From the NCBI GenBank assembly GCA_036676985.1, contig JAKFBU010000073.1:96001-160000 (forward strand): 64,000 nucleotides of DNA. Direction: 5' to 3'. The position numbers and the translations under genes were made by a program. Positions 36,674 through 49,078 of this stretch are shown one piece after another; the first letter of the stretch is position 1, and every line of letters starts with the position of its first letter. The notes below the pieces were generated by a model. The model saw only the letters and a program-made list of their open reading frames with translations, was not told the DNA's origin and made no database searches. The stretch comes from Candidatus Sericytochromatia bacterium. GTDB taxonomy: Bacteria > Cyanobacteriota > Sericytochromatia > S15B-MN24 > UBA4093.

Positions 36674-38614
36674 ATGCCCCGTTACGCGGACTACCTCGAA
36701 TCGGGCGGGTCGTGGCTCCAGGAGCTCGTCTGCCACAAGCTGGGCGTGCCCCCCATGCGGAGCGCGGACCATGCCGCGTGGCAGGCCCTCGCGGATCGCT
36801 TCCTCGCCCTGCCGCACCTGCAGACCCTCCTGGCGGACCTCAGCGACCTCGAGGGGGACCTGCTCTGGATGGCGCTCTTCTCGGGCAACGGCGCGAGCGA
36901 TCGCGAGCTCCTGGACTTCGCCCGGCGTCAGGGCATCGAGCGCCATGACGCGCAGGAGGCCCTCTACACCCTGTCGCACTCCGGGCTCGTCTTCTGCTCG
37001 CGCGGCTGGAGCAACGACATCACCCTGTTTGTCCCCACCGACCTCGCCGAGCGCCTCGTGGCGCTGCGCGGCCTGACGCGGCCGGCCCTCCTGACGCCGA
37101 GCGCGGAGGCGCCCCGGACCTACCGTTCCGAGGAGATGGCGCTGCATCGGGACCTCTACACGCTGCTCACGGCCATCGAGAAGGATCCGCCGCCGCTCAC
37201 GCAGCAGACGCGCCTCATCTACAAGCGTCAGCTCGAGAAGGTCCTCCTGCCCAAGCTGGAGATCCAGGAGCGGGCCCCGGCCGACGGGAGCTACCCTCCG
37301 CGCTTCGCCTTCCTGTTCGATTTCTGCACCGCCAGCCAGCTCGTGCTCCGGAGCCGCGACGGCAAGGTCGTCGTCTCGACGGGCGTGCCACGCTGGTTCG
37401 CCCTGGGCCCCCTCGACCAGGCCCGCGCGATCTTCAACTTCTGGGAGCACCGTTGCCTCAGGGCGGGCTGGCGCTACGAGCAGCGCGTGCTGGTGCGGGT
37501 GCTCGCCACCTGTGAGCCGGGCGTCTGGTACGACGTCGCGGGCCTCGTCCCGCTCGTCCAGGCGTGGTACGGCAAGGCTCCAACAGCCATGGCGGACGCC
37601 TTCAAGGCCCTCGCCTATCAGAGCCTCATCGACCTCTCCCTGGACGCTCACCTCCAGCCCGTGAGCTTCCGGCTCACGGACCTGGGGGCGACCCTCCTGG
37701 GGATCCCCCAGGAGGTGGACCCGACCCGCCCGGACCCGGTCGCGCGGGACTACCAGCCGCCCGTGACGAGCACCTTCCTGCTGCAGCCCAACTACGAGGT
37801 GCTCGTGCCGCGCACGCTCGACCTGTCGGTGCGGCACCGGCTCGACCAGGTGGCGGAGCTCTTGCGGGCGGACGTCGTCTCGCGGTACCGGCTCACGGAC
37901 GCCTCGGTGCAGCGCGCCATGGAGCACGGCTGGGAGGTCCAGGCGCTCCTGGACTTCCTCAGGAGCCACTCGGAGGCCGAGCTGCCCCAGAACGTGCAGA
38001 TGACGCTCTCGGACTGGGCCGAGCGTTACGGCCGGATCACCTTCTGGGAGGTCTTCCTCATGCGGGTGGCCGACAAGGCGCTCGCCAAGGAGCTCAAGGC
38101 CCACCCCAAGCTCGCGACCTTCTTCCACGGGGAGGTCGCTCCCACCGCCCTCATCGTCGCCCGCAAGGATTACTCGCGGCTGGTCGCGGCCCTCAAGGAG
38201 TACGGCTACTGGCCGCGCGTCGGGGTGATCAACCCGGAGCCCGACGAGGCGCAGGGGCCAAAGAGCGCCGCCAAGGACCTGCTCATCCTGGACTTCGGAG
38301 CAGGCCAGCGCCTGCCCATGGCCATCAACCAGCAGATCCCCAAGCCGACGGGCAAGAAGACGGGCCCCCTGCGCCGTCGGGAGCGCGGCGGCCGTGACCT
38401 GCCGAGCGCGACGGTCGCGGATCTGGTGCAGGCCGCCATCAAGGAGCGCAAGCAGCTGGAGATCGAGTACCTGGCCCCGACCACCGGTCGCACCCGGCGC
38501 ACCATCGATCCCCGCCAGCTCGCCGGCGACCAGGTGGAGGCCTTTTGCCACCTGCGTTCCGAGGATCGACGCTTCATGCTGGACAAGATCCGGGAGATCT
38601 GGGTATTGGACTAG
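36674..38614 (+). CDS. Helicase-associated (Helicase_C_3/XPB-N) domain protein with C-terminal WYL domain
   Basis: LQPNYEVLVP, YRLTDASVQRA, LPQNVQMTLSDW; C-terminal IEY...RTIDP...AFCHLRSEDRRFMLDKI (WYL). Confidence 0.8.
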   Translation: MPRYADYLESGGSWLQELVCHKLGVPPMRSADHAAWQALADRFLALPHLQTLLADLSDLEGDLLWMALFSGNGASDRELLDFARRQGIERHDAQEALYTLSHSGLVFCSRGWSNDITLFVPTDLAERLVALRGLTRPALLTPSAEAPRTYRSEEMALHRDLYTLLTAIEKDPPPLTQQTRLIYKRQLEKVLLPKLEIQERAPADGSYPPRFAFLFDFCTASQLVLRSRDGKVVVSTGVPRWFALGPLDQARAIFNFWEHRCLRAGWRYEQRVLVRVLATCEPGVWYDVAGLVPLVQAWYGKAPTAMADAFKALAYQSLIDLSLDAHLQPVSFRLTDLGATLLGIPQEVDPTRPDPVARDYQPPVTSTFLLQPNYEVLVPRTLDLSVRHRLDQVAELLRADVVSRYRLTDASVQRAMEHGWEVQALLDFLRSHSEAELPQNVQMTLSDWAERYGRITFWEVFLMRVADKALAKELKAHPKLATFFHGEVAPTALIVARKDYSRLVAALKEYGYWPRVGVINPEPDEAQGPKSAAKDLLILDFGAGQRLPMAINQQIPKPTGKKTGPLRRRERGGRDLPSATVADLVQAAIKERKQLEIEYLAPTTGRTRRTIDPRQLAGDQVEAFCHLRSEDRRFMLDKIREIWVLD

Positions 38615-38662
38615 GAGTTCGCCCGGGATCCCTCGTTCGCTAGATGACGCAAGGAGTTGCAA

Positions 38663-39474
38663 ATGGTCCTCGTGCTGCGCCTTGGCCTCCTGCTCGCCCT
38701 CCTCTTGCCCCTGATGGCACCCGCGTCGGCCCAGACGCCTGCCCCCAAGCTCACGTTCGTCGCAGCCTCCCACAACCGGGCCAAGGGGCCGGACGCGGTG
38801 GACGGCGATCGCAGCACCACCTGGCTCGGCCTCGCCCGCCGCGAGCCCGCCTGGATCACCTTCCGGCTGGATGCCGCCACCCCGATCATGGGCGTGGTCG
38901 TCACCATGGCCCCCATGCCGGCCAGCACCTACTACCACGTGGACGTCTCCAAGGACGGCGAGACCTTCGAGACCGTCCTCAAGGACCTCCAGAACCGCAC
39001 GGACAAGCCGGCCGTCCGGGCCTTCGGCTCCCTGCGCGAGGTCAAGGCCCTGCGCCTGCGCTTCGAGAACGGCTCGCGCCAGCCCGTGATCCCCTTCTCC
39101 CTGAGCGAGGTCACGGTGCTGCCCGCAGGGGCCGTGCCCGACGCGGCGGAGCTCTCCTACGACGCCCTGCCCGTGGTGCTCGCCCAGACGCCGTCGCCTG
39201 CCCCCGGCCCGCGCATCCTGGGGACGGTCATGGGGCGCCACGAGGGCGATCGCGTGCTCGTGGTGGTGGGCGACGGCTTCCCCGAGCAGGTGGAGGCCGT
39301 CATGGTCAATGACCGCAAGGTCCAGGTCCTCGAGTCGACGAGCACCCAGATCCTCTGCCGCTACCCCTTCTCCAAGCAGGCCAAAGTGACGGTGGTCCTA
39401 AAGGCCGGCGGCCGCACCGTCACCCGCAAGGTGCCCATGGTCCAGCGCGAGGTGCGCTGGCAGCCCGCCGAGCG

Positions 39475-39478
<4 letters not shown>
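38663..39478 (+). CDS. Secreted discoidin-domain protein with Ig-like (IPT) C-terminus
   Basis: Signal peptide; AVDGDRSTTW, VSKDGETF. Confidence 0.65.
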
Positions 39479-42126
<2,648 letters not shown>

Positions 42127-42276
42127 GAAGGCCCCCTTTGACGGAAACACAGGGCCATTGTGGCCGCCCGCGCACCGGAATCCAAGCGGGAAGCGGGCCT
42201 TAAGCCCTCCGGTAGGCCCGGTCGCCAGTGTGGTAGCATTTCATGGACCCCACCCGGAAAGGACCCAAGCACCCGC

Positions 42277-42894
42277 ATGAACGTCAAGCTCGATCTCTCG
42301 CATCTCACCGTCGACCTCCTGGAGCTCGACCTGGTGGAGCTCAGCATCCTCCACGACGCCCTGGCGGCCTACGTCGAGACCCAGTTCCCCGAGGTCGCCG
42401 AGGCCCTCGCCAACGGCACGCCCCTGGACGACGCCATCGAGGGCCTGGACGAGAACGACGCCTTCCGGATCCACACCATCGTCGAGCGCCTCTACGACAA
42501 GATCGAGCGGCCCCTGACCATCCTCGAAGAGGAGGCGGACCTCCAGGCCGCGGAGGGCGAGGACGGCGTGCGCGTGCGGATCATCCTCGAGAGCGAGGCC
42601 GAGGCGGGCGTCATCCACGAGGCCGCCAAGGCCCTGGGCGACCAGGTGGGCCGGGCGCTCGACGCGAGCAGCCTGCCCTATCCGGACGCCGAGCGGCTGG
42701 TGCGGGAGTTCGCGAGCTGGTTCGACCCGGACGACATCCCCGAGTACCCCTACTACATCGAGATGGAGGTCGCCGACGCGCGGATCATCGCGCAGCTGGC
42801 CGAGCGGGTCCAGGCCCACGCGCCGACCGAGCAGATGGCCCAGCTCCTCAAGGTCATGTCCGCGGCGGCCGCCGTCGAGACCGACGAGGAGTAG
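42277..42894 (+). CDS. Acidic hypothetical protein
   Basis: Strong GC3 bias, Asp/Glu rich; coupled to the downstream RibD-like gene. Confidence 0.7.
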   Translation: MNVKLDLSHLTVDLLELDLVELSILHDALAAYVETQFPEVAEALANGTPLDDAIEGLDENDAFRIHTIVERLYDKIERPLTILEEEADLQAAEGEDGVRVRIILESEAEAGVIHEAAKALGDQVGRALDASSLPYPDAERLVREFASWFDPDDIPEYPYYIEMEVADARIIAQLAERVQAHAPTEQMAQLLKVMSAAAAVETDEE

Positions 42895-43677
42895 GTGCGC
42901 CGCCTCTTCGACCGACATGCCGGGCCGGGCGAGGTGGACCTCGCCCGGCTCGCGGCGTCCTGGGACTTCCCGGCGGGGGCGGGCGATCGCCCCTACACCT
43001 GGGTGAACATGATCGTCTCGCTGGACGGCAAGGCGGTCTTCGGGGCCCCGGGCACCACCTGGACGGTCGGCTCGGAGTGGGATCACGCCCTCTTCAAGGA
43101 GCTGCGCCGCCACGCGGACGCCGTCCTCGCCGGCGCGGGCGTCATGGTCGCCGACGACATCCCCTATCCCCGGATCGACCCGGACGAGGCGGCCCGGCGC
43201 CGGGAAGCGGACCTGCGTCCGAAGCCGCTCTGGATCATCGTGAGCGGGCGGGGAGGACTGCCCGAGTCGCTGCGGGTGTTCCGGGGCGGGCGCGAAAACG
43301 TGCTCGTGGTGGTCTCCGAGGGATCCGACCCCGCCGATCGCGCCCGGCTCGAGGCCCATGCCCAGGTCCTGGTCATGCCGGGGGCGACCCTCGACATGGG
43401 CGAGCTCGCCCGCACGCTCTATGCGCAGTACGGCATCCGGCGTTGCTACTCGATCGGGGGCCCCACGCTCAACGGGGCCATGGTCGCGGCCGGCACGCTG
43501 GACGAGATCTTCTTCACGCTCGCACCGAAGATCCACGGGGGCAAGGGCATGGCCACCATGATCGAGGGCCCGAGCCCGGAAAGCCTCGTGGAGGCCCGGC
43601 TCTTGTCCATCCACCAGGAAGGCGACGAGCTCTTCATGCGCTACGCCGTCTCCCCCGAGGCGCGGGAGCGGGCATGA
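42895..43677 (+). CDS. RibD C-terminal/dihydrofolate reductase-like protein
   Basis: NMIVSLDG, LRRHADAVLAGAG, GGPTLN, DEIFFTLAPKIHGG. Confidence 0.88.
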   Translation: MRRLFDRHAGPGEVDLARLAASWDFPAGAGDRPYTWVNMIVSLDGKAVFGAPGTTWTVGSEWDHALFKELRRHADAVLAGAGVMVADDIPYPRIDPDEAARRREADLRPKPLWIIVSGRGGLPESLRVFRGGRENVLVVVSEGSDPADRARLEAHAQVLVMPGATLDMGELARTLYAQYGIRRCYSIGGPTLNGAMVAAGTLDEIFFTLAPKIHGGKGMATMIEGPSPESLVEARLLSIHQEGDELFMRYAVSPEARERA

Positions 43678-43681
43678 AACA

Positions 43682-43703
43682 GCGCCCCCCTTGCGGAGGG
43701 CGC
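43682..43703. terminator. Hairpin between the RibD-like gene and the tRNA
   Basis: GCGCCCCCC-TTGC-GGAGGGCGC, followed by TGTTTC on the minus strand. Confidence 0.55.
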
Positions 43704-43706
43704 CAG

Positions 43707-43793
43707 CGGAGGCGGTGGGATTCGAACCCACGGTGGCTGTGACACCACGCTTGTTTTCAAGACAAGAGCCTTAAACCACTCGGCCACACCTCC
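43707..43793 (-). tRNA. tRNA-Ser (anticodon TGA), CCA not encoded
   Basis: GGAGGTGTGGCCGAGTGGTTTAAGGC...CTTGT-CTTGAAA-ACAAG, long variable arm, GGTTCGAATCC T-arm, G discriminator. Confidence 0.96.
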
Positions 43794-43838
43794 CGAGGCC
43801 TTCCAGTGTAGCAAGGCGGGCCGGGTTGGCGCAATTCC

Positions 43839-44258
43839 CTACAGCACGTCGGGCAAGATGGGGTGGCCGACGATGTGGACGTGCACCCTGCGGCTGCGCG
43901 GCCCGTCGAATTCGGCTAGGTAGATGGCCTGCCAGGTGCCGAGCACCAGCTTGCCCTCGTGAACGGGCAAGACCTGGCTCACGCCCACGAAGCTCGTCTT
44001 GAGGTGGGCGTCCGCGTTGCCCTCGGCATGGTGGAACTCCCCGTCCTGCGGGATCCGGGTCCGGAGCCAGTGCAGCATGTCGCGCGGCACGTCGGGATCC
44101 GAGTTCTCGTTGACCGTGATGCCCGCCGTCGTGTGCGGGCTCATGACCAGCACGAGCCCCTCCTGGACCGCGGACTCGTCCACCTGCTGCCGCACCCAGG
44201 CCGTGACGTCCACGAAGGTCTCCCGGGCTCGGGTGTCCACCGTCAGGGTATGAAACAT
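43839..44258 (-). CDS. yjbQ: YjbQ/UPF0047 family protein
   Basis: HTTAGITVNEN-DPDV, HAEGNADAHLK, LGTWQAIYLAEFDGPR. Confidence 0.93.
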   Translation of the reverse strand: MFHTLTVDTRARETFVDVTAWVRQQVDESAVQEGLVLVMSPHTTAGITVNENSDPDVPRDMLHWLRTRIPQDGEFHHAEGNADAHLKTSFVGVSQVLPVHEGKLVLGTWQAIYLAEFDGPRSRRVHVHIVGHPILPDVL

Positions 44259-44315
44259 GAGCGCATCCTCCAAGCAAGGGATAGCTCCAGTCTACCATCA
44301 CGAGCAGGAGGCCCC

Positions 44316-45140
44316 ATGCCCCCATCGGTCGCCTTTCAAGGAGAGCCCGGAGCCTACAGCGAGGCGGCCCTCCGCTTCCACTTCGGGCCCGCGGCACGGG
44401 CGGTCCCGTGCGGCTCCTTCGAGGAGGTCTTCCGGGCCGTCGCCACCGGGGAGGTCGAGACCGGCGTCGTGCCCATCGAGAACTCGCTGGCGAGCAGCAT
44501 CCTCGAGAACTACGATCTGCTCCTGGAGCACGACCTGCAAATCGTCGGCGAGGTCATGCTCAACATCCGCCACTGCCTGATGGCTCAACCCGGCACCCGG
44601 CTGGAGGACGTTCGCTGGTGCTACTCGCACCCGCAGGCCCTCGCGCAGTGCGCCCCCTTCCTCAAGGAGCACGGCATCGAGGCCCGGGTGGCGCACGACA
44701 CCGCAGGAGCCGCCCGCCTGCTCGCCGAACGCCGCGCGCCCGCCGAAGGCGCCATCGCGAGCGCCCATGCCGCCTTACTCTACGGCCTTTCGGTCGTGGC
44801 GGAGGACATCCAGACCCGGCCGGACAACACCACGCGCTTCTTCGTCATCTCCCGCGATCGCCCGGACGATCTGCCCAGCCAGAAGTCGTCCCTGGTCTTC
44901 GCCACGGCCAACCGCCCCGGCGCCCTCCACGGCTGCCTCGGGGCCTTCGCCGCAGCAGGCCTCAACCTGACCAAGCTCGAGAGCCGTCCCACCCGGGCCA
45001 CGCCGTGGGAATACCACTTCTACCTCGACTTCGAGGGGGACGCCTTCGGCCCTGAGGGCATGGCGGCCCTGGAGGGCCTTGCGGAGCACGTGCGCTTCGT
45101 GCGGCTGCTCGGCGCCTATCCGCAGGCAGCCCGGGGCTAA
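44316..45140 (+). CDS. pheA: Prephenate dehydratase
   Basis: FQGEPGAYSE, PIENS, SHPQALAQC, NTTRF, NLTKLESRP (ACT domain). Confidence 0.95.
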   Translation: MPPSVAFQGEPGAYSEAALRFHFGPAARAVPCGSFEEVFRAVATGEVETGVVPIENSLASSILENYDLLLEHDLQIVGEVMLNIRHCLMAQPGTRLEDVRWCYSHPQALAQCAPFLKEHGIEARVAHDTAGAARLLAERRAPAEGAIASAHAALLYGLSVVAEDIQTRPDNTTRFFVISRDRPDDLPSQKSSLVFATANRPGALHGCLGAFAAAGLNLTKLESRPTRATPWEYHFYLDFEGDAFGPEGMAALEGLAEHVRFVRLLGAYPQAARG

Positions 45141-45195
45141 CGCCGGGCCCGAATCTTCTCCGATCCACCCGTAGGAACCACCCCGTCCTTGCGCC

Positions 45196-47256
45196 ATGCT
45201 GGACTGGCGCAAGACGTGCCGAGCGAGGATCCAACGGGTGAGCGACGCGCTGCACGAGATCGAGGGCGAGCTCGACGACCTGCTGGTCCAGGTGGACCCG
45301 GCAGGTCGAATGCTGTACGTCTCTCCCTCGGCCGCGTCCTCCCTGGGCCTCTCCCCCGAGGAGTGCCTGGGTCGGAGCCTCTGGGAGTTCGTCTCACCAG
45401 AGGACCGCCAGAGCCTCCAGGCGACCATGACCCGGGAGGTCGCCCGGCATGCGGAGCACTGGGAGCAAGAAGGCGAGCTCGTGAGCCTCAAAGGGCCCAC
45501 GACCAGCGTCAAGTGGGTCGTCTGGGCCCACTACGAGCCCGCCGGCAAGCTCGATCACCTCAACGTCATCGGGCACGACATCACCGAGCAACGGCGCGCC
45601 GAGCGCAGCCTGGCGGATCGCCTCACGCTCGAGGCCCTCATCATGCGCCTGTCGACGCACTTCAACCGGCTCTCCCCCCCTGAGGTCGACGCGGGGGTGC
45701 TGCAGGCGCTCCAGGAGATCGGGGAGTTCGCGGGGGTGGACCGCGCCTACGTCTTCCGCTTCTCGGAAGAGGGCCGCTACCTGAACAACACCCATGAGTG
45801 GTGCCGGCCGGGCATCGAGCCCCAGATGACCAAGCTGCAGCACCTGCCCAGCGCGAAGTTCCCGTGGTGGCTGGAGCGCCTGCGGCGCCACGAGGCCATT
45901 CACCTCCCGGACGTCACGGCCATCCCGGAGGAGGCGGCGCGGGCCCAGGAGGTGCTCTTGATGCAGGGCATCCAGTCGCTCCTCGCCGTCCCACTGGTCT
46001 ATGAGCGCCAGGTCATCGGCTTTCTGGGGTTCGATGCCGTCCGGAGCCCCAAGACCTGGTCGGACGAGACGCGCGCCTTGCTGTCCATCGTGGCCGACAT
46101 GCTGGCCAACGTCTTCCACCGCCAAGAGGCCGAAGAGGCCCTGCGTCGCACCACAGCAAGCCTGGCCGCGGCCCAGCGCATCGCCCACATCGGCCACTGG
46201 GAAGAGGACCTCCTGACCGGCCGGACGACCTGGTCCGACGAGATCTATCGGCTCCTCGGGTACGAGCCCCACTCCGTCGAGCCGGGCCTCAAGACCTTCG
46301 AGGTCTCCCTGCACCCGGACGATCGCTCGCGCGTGATCGAGACCCTGCGCCGGGCCATCGACGCCCAGGCGCCCCTGAACCTGGACTGCCGCATCACGCG
46401 GCCCGACGGCACGGTGCGCATGCTGCACATCCAGGGAGAGGTGGGCCACGACGAAATGGGCTGGCCGCTCTATACGCGCGGCACGATCCAGGACACCACC
46501 GAGCTGCGGCAGGCCGAGGCCGAGCTCGCCCGTCGGGAGGCCGAGCTGCAGCAGAGCCGAGAGCTCGATCGCATCAAGACCGAGTTCGTCAGCGCCGTCT
46601 CCCATGAGCTGCGCACGCCCCTCTCATCCATCAAGGGCTATGCGGAGTTCCTGGCAGACGAGCTCTCCGGTCCTCTCAACGACGATCAGCACGGCTACGT
46701 CTGCCAGATCGAGGAAGGGGCCGCGCGCCTCGAGCGCATCATCAACGACCTCTTGGACTTCGCCCGGCTCGAGGCCGGCACCTTCACGCTCAACATGCGC
46801 ACGGCGGACCTGGCGGAGACCATCGGCGAGATCGTCTCGGGCCTCGGGCCCCAGGCCGCCAGCCGTCAGCTGGAGGTCGAGACCGAGCTCACGGGGCCCC
46901 TCCCCGTGCGCATGGATCCCGAACGGATCGGCCAAGTGCTCATGAACCTGCTCGGCAACGCCCTCAAGTTCACGCGTCCGGGCGGCCGGATCAGCGTCGC
47001 GGCCGCCCGGATCCCGGGCGAGATCCGGGTGGAGATCCGCGACACGGGTATCGGCATCCCCGCAGAGCGCCTGACGCACGTGTTCCAGAAGTTCTACCAG
47101 GTCGACACCAGCCTGACGCGCGAGGTGGGCGGCGCCGGTCTCGGCCTCTCCATCGCCCAGGCCCTCGTCGAGGCCCACGGTGGCCGCATCGGGGTCGTGA
47201 GCACGCCGGAGGTGGGGACGACGTTCTGGTTTACGCTGCCCCTCAACGGGGCTTAG
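45196..47256 (+). CDS. PAS-GAF-PAS sensor histidine kinase
   Basis: SHELRTPL H-box, NLLGNALKFT, DTGIGI, GAGLGL; PAS and GAF motifs. Confidence 0.93.
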   Translation: MLDWRKTCRARIQRVSDALHEIEGELDDLLVQVDPAGRMLYVSPSAASSLGLSPEECLGRSLWEFVSPEDRQSLQATMTREVARHAEHWEQEGELVSLKGPTTSVKWVVWAHYEPAGKLDHLNVIGHDITEQRRAERSLADRLTLEALIMRLSTHFNRLSPPEVDAGVLQALQEIGEFAGVDRAYVFRFSEEGRYLNNTHEWCRPGIEPQMTKLQHLPSAKFPWWLERLRRHEAIHLPDVTAIPEEAARAQEVLLMQGIQSLLAVPLVYERQVIGFLGFDAVRSPKTWSDETRALLSIVADMLANVFHRQEAEEALRRTTASLAAAQRIAHIGHWEEDLLTGRTTWSDEIYRLLGYEPHSVEPGLKTFEVSLHPDDRSRVIETLRRAIDAQAPLNLDCRITRPDGTVRMLHIQGEVGHDEMGWPLYTRGTIQDTTELRQAEAELARREAELQQSRELDRIKTEFVSAVSHELRTPLSSIKGYAEFLADELSGPLNDDQHGYVCQIEEGAARLERIINDLLDFARLEAGTFTLNMRTADLAETIGEIVSGLGPQAASRQLEVETELTGPLPVRMDPERIGQVLMNLLGNALKFTRPGGRISVAAARIPGEIRVEIRDTGIGIPAERLTHVFQKFYQVDTSLTREVGGAGLGLSIAQALVEAHGGRIGVVSTPEVGTTFWFTLPLNGA

Positions 47257-47264
47257 GGGTGACG

Positions 47265-47341
47265 GATCCGCAGATTTCGCAGATGACGCAGATTGGGTGA
47301 GAAAGACCCTCAATCCCCAAAATCTGCGAAATCTGCGGATC
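47265..47341. repeat. CGCAGAT-unit inverted repeat (20-bp perfect arms)
   Basis: GATCCGCAGATTTCGCAGAT (47265-47284) / ATCTGCGAAATCTGCGGATC (47322-47341); 9-bp periodic CGCAGAT units. Confidence 0.75.
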
Positions 47342-47350
47342 GTTTCCCCA

Positions 47351-48952
47351 TCAGGCGAATGATGGACCGGTGGATCCGTCCCATGCCTTGCCCAGCGCGG
47401 GCAGAGGCAGCTCCGGCAGCGTAACGGGCAAGCGGCCAGGAAACTCCCCGGCACGCAACCCCGCAAGCGCGGCCTCGATCTGGACCGGTCGGCTTCCGTA
47501 GGCGAGCACCCAGCGGGCGGCCTCGGGCACCTGCGCCACCAGAAAGGGGCTCGAGAAGGACACGAGCGTCATGGGGTGGGCGGCCGCGAGGCGCCGCAGG
47601 GGCTCGACGAGCTCCGGGGGCATGAGGCTGCGCTCCTTGCTCACGCGGATGGGCGAGAACACCCCGGCGAGCACCGCCGGGGCCCGTCCGGCCTCGGCCA
47701 AGAGCTCGGCCCAGATGGCGGGGCTCGTGCCTGCCGTCACCACCGCGCTGGCGCGCAGGCCCAGCGCCTCGAGGGCATGGCGCCAGACATCCAGGCGCTC
47801 GGACTCCACCCCGTCGTCGATTGCCAGGCAGAACGTGCCTTCGGGCAGGGCCCGGCCGGCGTCGCCCTTGGCGAGGGTGATGGCCTGGGCCGCCACGTGA
47901 CGGGCGAGGGCCTCCGGCGTGGGCTTCAGGGGCTCGTGCGGGGGGCGCCTCAAGCGGGCCTTGGCCGCGAGCACGCGGCCCGCGGCCTCGTACACGCGAC
48001 GCTCGTCGAGGCGCCCGGATCGCGCGGCCTCGTACAGGGCCTCGAAGGTCAAAGCCGGGTCCGGGGGCATGAGCAGCATGTCGCAGCCCGCCCGGACGGC
48101 CAGCACGGCGGCATCCACGGGATCGAGCGTCCGGGTGATGCCGCCCATGACCAGGGCATCGGTGACGACGAGCCCCGAAAAGCCGAGCTCCCGGCGCAGG
48201 AGGTCCGTGAGGATGGCCGGGCTCAGGGTGGCGGGCACGTCCGGAGCGTCGAGCGCCGGCACGGCCAGGTGGGCCGTCATGACGCTCGCGACCCCCGCCC
48301 CGATGGCCGCCTGGAAGGGGGGCAGCTCGACCTGGGCGAGGCGGGCGCGCTCGGCCGTGACCACCCCGAGCTTGGCATGCGAGTCGGTCGAGGTGTCGCC
48401 GTGGCCGGGGAAGTGCTTGGCGCAGGCGAGCGCCCCCTGGGACTGGCAGCCCAAGACGAAGGCCTCGACCAGCCGGGCGACCAGCGCCGGATCCCCTCCG
48501 AAGCTGCGGATGTTGATGATGGGGTTGAGGGGGTTGTTGGTCACGTCCGCCACCGGCGCGAGCACCCAGTTGATGCCCACCGAGAGGGCCTCGCGCGCGG
48601 TCCAGGCCCCCAGCTCGTAGGCATGCGCGGGCTCGCGGGCGGCCCCGAAGGCCATGGCCGTCGGGAACACGGAAAGGCCCGCGACCTGTTGGCCCGCGCC
48701 GTGCTCCAGATCGGCCGCGACAAGCAGGGGGATCCGGGCGGCCTCCTGGAGGTCCGAGACGCGCTCGGAGACCTCCGCCTTGCTGCCATGGAAGAGGATG
48801 TAGCCGCCCCAGCCGTAGCGCTCGAGGTCGTTGCGGGCGGCCACCGGGTCGTAGACGCGGCCCTGGCGATCGCCCCCGAAGAGCGTCGGGCAGATGAGCT
48901 GGCCGACGGCCTCGTGCAGGCTGAGGGAGTCGACGGGGGGCAGGTGGTCCAT
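47351..48952 (-). CDS. nagZ: GH3 beta-N-acetylglucosaminidase (NagZ-like)
   Basis: ADLEHG, INIRSFG, KHFPGHGDTSTDSH, VMTAH, TDAL motifs. Confidence 0.9.
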   Translation of the reverse strand: MDHLPPVDSLSLHEAVGQLICPTLFGGDRQGRVYDPVAARNDLERYGWGGYILFHGSKAEVSERVSDLQEAARIPLLVAADLEHGAGQQVAGLSVFPTAMAFGAAREPAHAYELGAWTAREALSVGINWVLAPVADVTNNPLNPIINIRSFGGDPALVARLVEAFVLGCQSQGALACAKHFPGHGDTSTDSHAKLGVVTAERARLAQVELPPFQAAIGAGVASVMTAHLAVPALDAPDVPATLSPAILTDLLRRELGFSGLVVTDALVMGGITRTLDPVDAAVLAVRAGCDMLLMPPDPALTFEALYEAARSGRLDERRVYEAAGRVLAAKARLRRPPHEPLKPTPEALARHVAAQAITLAKGDAGRALPEGTFCLAIDDGVESERLDVWRHALEALGLRASAVVTAGTSPAIWAELLAEAGRAPAVLAGVFSPIRVSKERSLMPPELVEPLRRLAAAHPMTLVSFSSPFLVAQVPEAARWVLAYGSRPVQIEAALAGLRAGEFPGRLPVTLPELPLPALGKAWDGSTGPSFA

Positions 48953-49078
48953 GGCTCCTCCTCTTTCCGACACCCTACCCGATTCCACGCGGGATGCCAA
49001 CCACTCTTCCCGACCATCCCAGCATCCCTTGTGAGCCGCCCCCCGACTTGCCTAAGATGCTGAGAAGGGGGGAGAGCA

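Noticed and set aside
42892-42897. In-frame TAG-GTG junction between the acidic protein and the RibD-like protein as possible readthrough or pyrrolysine
   Set aside because: A GAGGAG SD directly precedes the junction and the downstream ORF is a complete stand-alone RibD_C protein, so translational coupling explains it.
43707-43793. tRNA with TGA in the anticodon loop as a possible Sec/opal suppressor for the 31510 UGA
   Set aside because: Anticodon 5'-TGA-3' reads UCA (Ser). tRNA-Sec needs anticodon TCA and an 8-bp acceptor stem; this is an ordinary tRNA-Ser.
43600-44300. Integrated element at the tRNA-Ser 3' end
   Set aside because: No integrase and no duplicated tRNA 3' end seen; flanks are housekeeping genes.
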